The position numbers were made by a program, and so were the translations under genes. Source: Chlorokybus atmophyticus (Eukaryota > Plantae > Mesostigma and Chlorokybus algae). From it: a stretch of 64,000 nucleotides of DNA. Below are positions 33,373 to 44,398 of the stretch, piece by piece. Where the stretch lies: NCBI GenBank assembly GCA_009103225.1, contig RHPI01000977.1:1-64000 (forward strand), given 5' to 3'. Below the pieces are notes generated by a model. It made no database searches, had not been told where the DNA came from, and saw only the letters and a list, made by a program, of their open reading frames with translations. Position 1 is the stretch's first letter. Each line of letters opens with the position of its first letter.

Positions 33373-34972
33373 ACGTACCGGTAGGGGCGTTGCAGTACTT
33401 GCATAATAGACTGCACCGACGGCCGCTTGGCGACTGTCGGCGGCGGAAATTGCACAGGAAGTCGGCGTTGTGAATTGACAGGCCCATAGGCAGTGCATGC
33501 GCTATCAATGTGCATAGGCTGTACCAGTACTAATCCACGGTATCACATTATTTTACGTCATTATTGACACAGGCAGCCGCAATTCGGCGGCTGCCAAGGT
33601 GTCTAAACTATAATGCTTTGTTGGGGGCTGCTCATGAGTATGTAACCTTGTTTGGGGTTGTCAATATCCTGCTTGCGTGCGCATACACACACTTACATGT
33701 GTACATATGTATATATATACGTATCAACATACGTATATATATACATATATACGTTTACATGATATAAATACGGGACGACGAGCATTGCGGCACCAATGTA
33801 GGTATCTACTAGCTGATTGGACACAATGTTTGGTCGGGGCTGTCAATCATTCTGCGGTCTCATAAAAGGCTATTTTAATAAGTGACATGACTTATGTATA
33901 CTTCTTATACATATGTTTACATGAGACATACCTTGTACACGGCTCACCCCATAATACGGCTAATATAGCCATTTGAAATGCTTAAAAATTTTGCCCCATC
34001 CATTTGTGCACACGCTAACGTTTATATATACGTATTATATGATATATTTTTAATCTTCATATATACGTAGATACTTAGATGAACGCATAGAACATAATAA
34101 TGGTGCATGTTCACAGATTGTTGAAAATACACGTACGGTACTATGAAGTATGTTAATTGCATAGACAGCCCCTTACAGCTGAATTGACAGCCGGCTGGCT
34201 GTCAATCAGCCGCCGACCATTTGCGGCTATCCACTTGCGGCTGTCCACGGGTGTATAGCCGACAGTCGGTGCGGCTTGTCAACTAACACGTTAAGTGCAC
34301 TTGTGCAATCAGGTATTTAGGCAATCTATTGTACCTTACGTAGGTTGGTGCTACCTACTCATGATAGCGGCAGGGCCGCGGTCACTGGTGCGTGCCGCAA
34401 CGGACATGGTGCGGCGCGGACCGTGCGGCACCATGTACGGTGCGTGCTACAGTGTAGTAGGGCCACAGGACTGCGGGACCGCACCTGGTCCGCGTTCAAG
34501 GGCCAGGATACATACTGGTCCGTGCCGCACCATGGATGGTGCGGCACGGACCATGCGTGGTGCGCGTCGCCGCGCCAGCCATTGACGGGCCGCGGGGCCC
34601 CGAATGGAACAGGAACGGTCCGTCCCCCGCGGACCAGGTAGTCCCAGCCCGCGGGGTACGGATCATGCATGGTCCGGGGGGTCCGTGAAAGGACCATGCA
34701 TGGTCCTTCAACGTCAAGCCGTGTGTATGTTCATGCGTGTGTATTGTGTGTATCGTGCATTGTCTCCACTTGTGACTGCGGTTTGATTTGGCAGCTGATA
34801 TGGATGAGAAGTGTTTTGTGCTCTACATACTGACTCTAATGTATTGTGTGAGCAGGATACCTTGCCATCTCCTGGTGGCGCACCTCTTGGACTATGTGCG
34901 CAGGTGAGGTGCGGTTGCATGCTGCATGCTGCGTAGCACTGTAGTTGGCTGCAAACCCGTGCTCAATGGTGC

Positions 34973-36183
34973 ATGTTGCAGGAGAATGATGTTGAATTGG
35001 CTCTGTCGTCGTCTGACGAGGAGGAAGATCAGGAGAACATCCATCAAGTACTTTCGCAGCGTAAGAAGCAGAAGCAGCATCATGCGCCTCATCAGCAGCA
35101 AGTACCACCAGCCTCTGCACTGCACCAGACACCGCATGGCAATGTGCGCCATGATCAGAATGGCAACCGTGTCGTGTTGGGACCGGCCATGTCTCGGTTG
35201 AACACAGCGAGAGGCGTGCCTAAAACGCCCAAGACACCACTTGGCACCTTGCCAGGTGGGCGCTTAGCTTAGCCTGATTTGCTTTGCTAGGCGGTACCCT
35301 GAGAGACCATGAATCATGTGTAGTAGATGAGACGATGTTGTATACCTATTGCCTAAATGTGGATTTGAGAACTAGTTTCCACAGCTTGATGCATGTGTTG
35401 TGTGCAGACCAGGTTCGTCGTGCCAGCGTGCATGCGGATGATGCGTACAGACAGACCCGTGTGTTCAGCCAGCTGGAGGTATAGCGGGAGTGGGGGGCAT
35501 GCAAACAAGTAAACATGCTGTGTAGTTGATCCTTCAATGCACAGTCATCTTGTCAGCAGCTTGTGTTAGGTTTGATGTATTGGCGTTCGATGTAGAAAAT
35601 GGGGATGTGGTCTGTAGATTTGCCAGGCATCCATACTCAAGTCACCATGTGGAATGGCAGAGTGGTATGAACAGGTGTCATTATAGTCTACATCACTATG
35701 TATGTAAGCATGTTTTCAACAGTAGTCGGCAGATTGCGAAATAGGGGACTACAGCCATATGAAAATATATGCTCTGGGCGCCCAACCACTGTGTCTACGC
35801 AGTCAGCGACTATACAAGTTCAGAGTTTGAGGGCGGAGATGGCTTCAGTCAAGCAGGGGAGAGATCGTGTACAACGCGACTTGGATGCGGCGCTGGAGAG
35901 GCTGCGTGTCATGGAATCAAGCGGCAGCTCCAACACCAACACTGCCTTGCAGAATGCCTTGCAGGAGTTGCTGCAGTTGCGCACACAATGCGAGGTTGGT
36001 GTTTGCCTAATCCTGTTTGTATGGTGTATATTTGGGTTTGACTTACCTCTGGCTTGCATGGTGTAGGACTTGCGAGATCAGCTCACACAGAATGTATGTC
36101 AAGATGCTTAACGCCGCGCAGAGTCCGCACGGGCTGTTGGGGAACTGGAAGAGGAGTTGGATGCAATGACCCTGCATGCCGAG
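34973..36183 (+). pseudogene. Putative 5' exons (acidic and coiled-coil) of the Academ-like transposase gene
   Basis: Coding-like blocks 34973-35255, ~35750-35995 and 36067-36183 end at GT donors. The GTGAGT donor at 36184 and the CAG acceptor at 36264 join in phase to 36265. There is an in-frame TAA at 36109. Confidence 0.5.
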
Positions 36184-36264
36184 GTGAGTGGGTGCACAAC
36201 CTTGCATGCAATAATATATTGACTATCAGAGGCCTCTATGTCCTGAAGTCGAACATATCACCAG

Positions 36265-39200
36265 GTGTTGGAGACCAGGGTGGGCGAGGAAGTGGACGCT
36301 TATAACGCTGAGAGGAGACACCGGCTGCAGGTGGAGTGCAATCTGTCAGGATACCGTGGCAAGTTAGTGGAGCTGGAGGACGTGATCGCTGGTCTACGTG
36401 AGACTGTGCGCACAAACAGGGCGTGCCATCCATCGCAGCACGATGCACGTGTGGCGGACGAGGTGCGCCAGCTCTATGAGGACGATGTGCAGCGAGCAGC
36501 CAATGAGGACTGTCACGAACCTGTCGCATGTGCGGTGAGAGATGTTGCATCCCAGTTGCTGCAGAGGGATGCCGTTGTATTCCTGACTGCAGTAGCAGTC
36601 AAGTACAATATTGCACCTGCGCGTGTACTGCTGCGTGCTGTGAACCAGCGCTTACCGGGAGCGGGTGTGGTAGTGACCGGCGCCAGGCAACAGGGTACAC
36701 TTATGATTGCTGCTTGGGCCGATCCTTTGGCATGCCTGTTGCGCCATGGGATGAGGGTTACTGAGGTGCCGGCCAGCACACAGCCAACTCGTACGGGTAC
36801 CAGCGCGGTTGATGGCGACCAACTGCCTGCTGCGGTACTTCGTCACCTGAACAGGGTTATGGAGGCGGAGAGGCAACGGCATGTCGAGCGCAACAGACAG
36901 GACCCTGATCTGCGCTGCGTGAATTGGCAAAAGGAGTGGGAGAAATGCGGACCTGTAGCGCGACAGTTGATGGGCACACTGACTGGCTACAGTCAGATGG
37001 AGCGATTGCCATCTCCTGGTCCCAAACGGGCTCGTGCTTTAACAATCCTGCGCAATAAGACCGTGTTCCTGATGCACTGTGCATTGTATGCAAGGAGCAA
37101 GTTTGCATACTCTCCATTGCATTTGGCGGTCACGGACGAGGTGGACACACATTCTGAAGGGAACAAGTTAATCAGGACCCTCAACCGCCTGGGTGTGACA
37201 GTAAGCCGAAGCCACATCGACCGACACATACACACCAGGGCGCTTCACAATCTGAACAGCATCGCTCGATTGCAGCCCCGACCTGGTATACATGTGCTGG
37301 CATCGATTGATAATCTAGACATAAAGGCAGGCCACCAGGCACGCTACAAAGGCAGGAAAGCAGGAGACATCCATGCCACTTCAACTCAGCTTACCTCGAC
37401 AGCCGCTCGGATGCTTCCAGAACAACTGACTCTGCAGGTGAGTTGTCAGACAATGGTGATCAGGGAGACCCATTACTGCGAGTACAGGTCAGTCAAACCC
37501 GCATCTTGTGGGCAATTCATGTACTCATTGTTGGTGTTGTTGCAGCCATCGAGGAATCGCACGCTGGCAGAGTCACTGGTGGCTGAGCCGTGCGTCAACA
37601 ATATGACTCCTCCTGCGCCCATGCAGAGAGCACCAGTTGTTGTGCGGAGCGATCCAATCTTGAACTTAATGCCCGAGGAGGTTGCGGCACTCGAGAGTTT
37701 CCAAAAAACGTTACACAATGCCGTGTTGATGCGCATGCAAGAGCCGGACCAAACATGTTTGCCAACACTTAAGGAGGATTGGGCACGGTGGCTGCAACTG
37801 GCCACAGGCAGAAGCACTGAAGTTGCCAACGACATTGAATACCTGCCTGTGTTGCCTTTCTGCCCTGACAATATAGAGAACCTCAAGTTTGCGCTCTTGC
37901 AACTGCGCGCCAAGGTTGGCATCACGGATTCAACAAGCAAGATCTGTGTTACTGGGGACCAGAAGACGTTTGCCCTGATGCAAGCACTAAAAAGGGCAGA
38001 GCCGGGCTACTGGGACTGGGTGGTGCCTTTCCCTGGCGATTTCCATGTTCTGATGAACATGCAGCCCGTCATTATGAAGATGGCCTGGGACGCTGGTCTC
38101 GATGCTATGTCCTTGGAAGCCGGTTTTTCTGCAGCCACGGCACGCAATCACTTAACAGACGGCTCTCATTGGAAGAAGATACACAATTTTCTGTGTAAAG
38201 TCTTGGAGGCACTGTACAGACATATGTTCAAGTTGCGGCAGCAGGCAGAAACCGCAGAAATCAAGAACTTGTGCAGAGCTGACCTGGAGGAGAACGTGAT
38301 CAATGCCTCAAACTCTGCTTCCTTCTTCCGCGAATGGTGCGAGGGTCAGTGCAAGACCGATCATACCTGGCAGTTCTGGTGGAACTTCGTGAGCCGTGAT
38401 ATGCTGCATTACTTTGGGCTATTTTGTGGTGTTCGCCAGAAGATCTGGCATCTCCGACTGGCCAGCTGGAAGGGTCTGAGCCCGCTTCCATTCGCCTGGG
38501 ATCGCTACCATTATCAGAAAGTCATGACGCTGCATCTTGCAGACCTGCAGAGCATGCCGCGCTCTTTGCTGGATATGCTAGCCGAAGGTGGCTTTGCAGT
38601 CAGTCTAACAGGATCGGCTGGCAGACTGGTTGCTCTTGATGAAGCCCACGAGTGCCAGGTCAACAGAGATATGAAGATGTCACTGTGCAGGCCCACCACC
38701 GAGCAGCTCCGTCAGAAGTCATTGTACTTGGGGGAGCGCAGTCAAGCACACAAGCAACTAGAGCGTCAGCTACTGCTTGACAACAACCTGGTCAACAACG
38801 AGCTGGATGATGACGCCGACGACGACCACGAGAGGGTAATGCGGACACTGGCTACCGACGCCGCCAGGTGTGGCAGCGATCTAATGCATCTTGCTGAGCT
38901 GCTGGAGAATATACAAGCCTTGGCAAGGCCACACGCGCTGCACTTGACGCATCTTACCACCGGTGTACCAGCGGCGGCTGCTGCTTCAGCAGATCTTGCG
39001 CGACACTACCAGGTTGGTGTTGAGGCCATGAAGTCCTTTGTGGAGGTTGACGTCTGCCGCGAGGCACCTGCGTGCAAAGTCAGTCGCAGATTCAACTTGA
39101 AAACAATGGCACCTGCTAAGAAGCGCATGAGCAAACAGGCCACCGTGATCAAGCAGTACCGTCAAGAGATGTTGGTGGCCAAGCGCCTGGCTGCCAATGG

Positions 39201-40938
39201 TGCTAGTCAGGAGACCGTCACAGCAAGATACTGCGAGCATCCATGGGCGCTGTTTGAGGAGCTCACCGGCAAGATGCGGTCTGGCGACAAGGCCAAGTTT
39301 ATGGCGGAGGTAGCTCCTCTCGACAACACATGCTGGAGCCGCATGTCCCCGCAGGGCGTGGAGTGCATCATCCTGGAAGGCATGTTCCTGATTAATCAAG
39401 AATGCCACATGCTGCAAGGCACCATCAAGGACTATATCCAACACCTGATGCGCATCTGCGTGCTCAGCCGGCTCGCCAATCAGACCGTGCGCAGCGTGCA
39501 AGTTGTGTTTGACACTCCACGACTCCAAACGGGGGTCAAGTCTTCACTGCAACGCGCACGTGACGGTGCGGCGCAATCCTCTGGTGGTCGTCTAACTCTG
39601 GACACTGAGCTGCCGAGATTGTGGCGGGATCTGCTAAGAGATCGTAGCTTGAAGCGATCTCTGTGTGAACTGATAACATAGCACATGCCCAACATGATTG
39701 CGGAGTACCTGCACCCCGACCAAGAGGTTGTATTCGCTGGCGGGTCAGATCTAGACGAAGTTGGAGACCTTGCGCGTGTCGTGGCACGCGATTCGGACAG
39801 CCCTGCACGCGTATATTTTGTGAACGACTATGTTTGTAACCATGGAGAAGCTGACTCTCGCATCTGGGTGCATGCGCACAAATGCCCCTACAACAACATC
39901 CTCATATACTCACCTGATACCGATGTGACCATGATTGGCCTGGCGATCACCGACGGGTGGGATGCAGTGTTGAAGGACGTCACAGTACAGGTGGCACAGC
40001 ACTCCAGTGGCTCCACTCGACCACCCTTCCTGCACTTGTCTACACTGCAACAACAAGTCAACAGCATGCACCAGGTGCAGAGCATCGCCACCGGGTTGCG
40101 TGGCTGGTGGCTTCTTCTGGTGTATGCAGCAACTGGTTGCGACTACACCTCATTCATTGGCGGCATCTCGAAACAGTTTATCTGGCGCACGGTCCTGGCA
40201 CAGCATGCAATATTCATCACCGGCAATGTTAGTGTAGTGGAACATGAGATGTGTTTCGCTATACTGCGCCTCATTGGGTGCTCTTACTTCGAGAAGTACA
40301 GGTCCAGCTTCGACAGCGGCACTCCTGCATCTCTGTACTTCGAGTTGCACGGGCCTGAATCAACCACCAGCGATAAGGGACGATTGGCAGACTGGTTAGA
40401 GGCAATCCACAAAACAGTGTGGAAGAAGATTGCCACGCCACGAGATACCATGCCCACAGTCGATGCACTATGGCTGCATGCACTTCGCTCGGTGTATGCA
40501 GTGCAGATGTGGATGCAGAGCTGCAATGGTGACATGCACATGCCTGACTTGTCTGCTTATGGTTTCACTGAGGTCGATGGGCTATGGACTGCTGTCCAAG
40601 ATCTGCCAGAAAACATGGTGGAGGCGAAAGCTAGGAGGCAATTGCTGATGAAGGGTTGTGGATGCAAGACTGGACGATGTATCAGCAAGAGATGCAAGTG
40701 TCGCAAGGCAGGACAAGCATGCACCGACAGCTGTTTGTGTTTGGGATGTGACAACCACGGCAATCACGTGGACGAGGACGCTAGTGCAGCTCCTTGTTGC
40801 CACACAACACCCCCCCCGCCCGTGGTCAACCCAACAGCGGAACAGTCAACACAGGCAATGGACAACGATGATCCCGATTCTGTCAACTCAGACAGTGATG
40901 AGGAAGACCTCACCATGATGGATATGGACGACGTCTAG
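36265..40938 (+). mobile_element. AcademX-like DNA transposase (DDE-like core + XPG/FEN1-like nuclease + Cys8 finger), with one premature stop
   Basis: The 1138-aa and 417-aa ORFs share a frame and are separated by a single TAG at 39679. Core motifs SIDNLD, GDQKT, FPGDFH and LDEAHE; XPG-like HGEADSR, SPDTDV and TGCDYTSF; Cys8 CGCKTGRCISKRCKCRKAGQACTDSCLC. A likely in-frame intron spans 37438-37545. Confidence 0.8.
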
Positions 40939-41325
40939 GGCGGCCTGCTACTCTCGCAGAAGGCGCCGCGAGCAGCAAGTTCTACCATAGCCACCACGCC
41001 CCACTGCACCTCACCCGACCCGCCCAACCACCGGCAACCCAATCTACTGCACCTGTCAACGCCGCCGCCACCGGCAGCATCCTCATCCGCAACCTCCTCC
41101 GCAACCGCCGCCGCCTCCGCCGGATGCCCAAACCGCAGACACACAACCACTTCAACAGAAGGTGCCGCCTCCGCCGCCGCCACCGGCCGCTTGCTCCCCC
41201 GCCTCTGCCTACACCCCCGCCCCCGCCAGCCTCGAGCAGAGATCTGTGCTGGCTGGTATGTAGCAAGCGCATGTTTTTAGGGTTTGCAACGCGTGTTTTT
41301 AGGGTAGTGCAGCTCAGCAACATGT

Positions 41326-43137
41326 GTGTTACATTGCAAGGCGGCGGAGTTGGCGGAGTGCAGTGGCACCAACATGGAGACGGCGGGCACGGTCAAGAAG
41401 GTCATGGTTTGTGACGTGTGCCATTCCTATGTCGTCAACAACGGTCAGCGTTCGCGCCTTCAGAAACATCAGGCTCAGTGCAAGGCTTACCAGGAGCGCT
41501 TTGGATACACTGCCGCATGCTGGCATCACCACGCTGCAGGTCATCACATCCTGCACTGCCGAGTGAAGCTTAGGTGTGCGCAACCAGAGTTTTTTAATAT
41601 GCAGTGCGCATGCCATCAGTGCGAAAGCTCTCTGTTTGAATGGCACGGCCTACCCATGCGATACATGCCTTACGTCCGCCCCACCACCATGATTGAAGGG
41701 ATGCAATGCCGCCTGCTGGCGGTGAGTGGCACAGATGGCACTGATGATACTGCACGCATTTGTGCCAACACTAATACTGTATATACAACTTGTGCGCCAG
41801 GGCCAGCGCGTGCGCTGCGGACGCGGTGACGCGCAGACCGTTGTCATTCTGCCAGAGATAACGGCTGTTGCATCAGATTTCCTCGAGGTTGGTGTTTCAA
41901 CGTGAACGTGCATCGCACCTAGTGCATTACACAACAGCATTGTAATTGTGGACAACCAGACTGAACGAGAAGGAACCGATGCCGCCAGCGTGCTGCGCCA
42001 GCGTTGCGCGCGCGGGGGTGATGCATTGGAGGGCCTCGATGTACTGGTGTACTGGCCGATGGACGAGACTTGGTATACCGGAGTCGTCTACATTTACAAC
42101 CCACGCAATGGTGAGTTATGCATTGTCAAGAGCATTCACACGTGACACCGGCCATGGACTCAACATAGCGCACTGCAATTGCAGGGCGCCACAGTGTGCG
42201 CTTTGTTGACGGCGACAAGCAGCATATGAAAATCGACAAGCACAACATGGTGGTTGTGTTCTGGCACCAAGGAGGTCAGTGTTGCCACCGCGTTGGTGGT
42301 CAGCGCGTACCCACTCACCGCAAGATCCCTCCGCCTCTGCCGTGTCTCCCGCTGTGGTCGTCATCAGCGCCATTGCTGATGACACACACTCCTGTCAGAA
42401 TGGATGGCACACCGCACCGTCCCAAGGTCCTTGACCTGTGCTGCGGCGGGGGAGGTGCTGGGATGGGGTTGTACCGAGCAGGGTTCGACGTTACCGGCGT
42501 TGACATCAATCCACAGCCCGAGTACCCGTTCCCCTTCATACAAGCTGATGCCCTGGTAGTCGACCTGGCGCCATACGACCTGATTTGGGCTAGCCCCCCT
42601 TGCCAGGCATATGCCCGATGCATACCAGATTCACGACGTCACCAGCATTCTACACGGTGGAAGCACAGCACACTGCTGCCATCGCTGCGATTGCGCCTTC
42701 ATGAGTCAGGGAAGAACTACATCCTGGAGAACATACCAGATGCTGCATGTCACATGCAGCACAACATGGTGCTGTGCGGCACCATGTTTGGACTGCCAAT
42801 CTTCCGGCACAGGCTTTTTGAGACACACCCCAAGATGGTAGCCGACCTGGTGTGCGACCATACGTCCAAGAGTCTAGGTCCACTGTCGGGTCATGTGTCC
42901 AGCACTGCCAGCCGCACACTGAACAGCACTACCCAGCAGATGTACCCCGTGTATGGCTCCGCTGCATCGCGCGGTACCATATCCGGCTGGCAGCAAGCAT
43001 TAGGCATTGACTGGATTGATGCTGATGCCACACTCGTCGAATGCATTCCGCCTGCATACTCTGAGTATATTGGGCGGTGCATGTTGCAGGCAATGGGATA
43101 CACATTGAACAGCGGCCCCATATCATGGGGCCGCTGA
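41326..43137 (+). CDS. Spliced Tudor domain - C5 cytosine DNA methyltransferase fusion (prokaryote/phage-type catalytic domain)
   Basis: Phase-consistent GT-AG introns at 41722-41800, 41888-41959 and 42111-42184. The Tudor VLVYWPMDETWYTGVVYIYNPRN|GRHSVRFVDGD is complete only after splicing. MTase motifs I (DLCCGGGG), IV (SPPCQ), VI (ENI), VIII (RHRLF) and X (ECIPPAYSEYIG) are intact. The start codon is uncertain and may be in 41040-41255. Confidence 0.85.
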
Positions 43138-43469
43138 GTATCAATCCGTGCATGCATATTTGTGTTAGTTTACAAGTCTATTTGTACACTGGTGCACATT
43201 GATTCTCAATGCACATTTCCTGGTCAATATATGGTTGCAACCTTGCATGACCACAACATTGCATTCGCGCTCACACATCAACGTCAGTTTTCCATTGCCG
43301 CTCACACACAGCACCAGACATCCTATGCGCACGCCCATGCCGGTCTAACTACACAACGTCACCGTCCAGTTGATGCGGAATAGGGGACATGCATACACTG
43401 CGCGCAGTCACCTAGCGAGCAGACACACGTGTGATGTACAAGTAGCTTGTTGCGCACAGTGCACACTGC

Positions 43470-44398
43470 CTAAGACACCACAGCTGCACTGGCATCATCA
43501 CTGCCCTCCTCGCTGGTGTCACACCCTGCCTGCGATGGAGTCTTTTTGTCGTATGCACCAAACCACTGAGCCTCATACTCGGACTGGTCATAGTCAGTGT
43601 CGTTGTCCATGTCTCCGAACACCTGGGTGAGGTCGTCGTGAGCAAGCATCCATTCCACAGGCTTGAGTACATGTGACCCAGACACACAATACCATGATCA
43701 ACATCACCCATTTAGAAGCGTCTACCTGTATCATACCCTACCTGTCAAGCACCCTGATCCATATGCCTGGCAGACTGAATCACCAGTGTAGCCGCAGCTT
43801 GCACATCGCATGCGACTCGCAACCCAGGCCACGCGCACGAGACAGATCACAACCCAGCTGATCGGCATTCCAGTGCATATGCATACATTGATAAGGGGCA
43901 GAATACAACTGAGTCTCGTGACACAACACACACCCAATCAATTTATACACGCACCACATTAATTACAGTTGCAACACACATACGTGCGCACATACCAGGG
44001 TCTGCAGGCACGACAGGATCCCAACCTCCACCGACAACTGCAGGGGGCGGGTGGGGCAAGCCAGGATTATCTGATTGGGCATCGTCGCCACCCTGCAGTG
44101 GATGCATGCTCCACTGACCGACCTCAAACGGGCTCCAATCAGTGTCATGCCACTGCTCAAGCCAATGCCGTCGCCTTCCAGGTTCCACATCACAATCAGT
44201 GGCGATCACCCAACGTGCCAGCACCACTCCACCCACCACATGCTCCAACACCAGCAGATCACTACTCAAACGCATTGGCCTGCCGCCTGCTCGTCGAACC
44301 CTATGCAAGCTGTACCTAAACCCAAACCCACCCAAAAGCTCCACGTGCAGCTCCTTGACACCATCGCCAGACTGCACTCCTGACCCAGCAACCTGCAA
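43470..44398 (-). CDS. Fragments of an unknown spliced gene convergent on the MTase gene
   Basis: A 151-aa Trp-rich block is bounded by a CAG acceptor (~44393) and a GTATGT donor (~43993); an acidic block lies at 43470-43685. No recognisable family. Confidence 0.3.

Noticed and set aside
26062-34285. TAGTTGACA...TGTCAACTA as transposon TIRs
   Set aside because: Only about 10 bp match, the match does not extend inward, and there is no TSD.
322-39681. RIP-like or methylation hypermutation inferred from TGG/CAG/CAA-to-stop changes
   Set aside because: Transitions can only create stops from these codons, so the pattern is an ascertainment effect. A consensus-based mutation spectrum would be needed.
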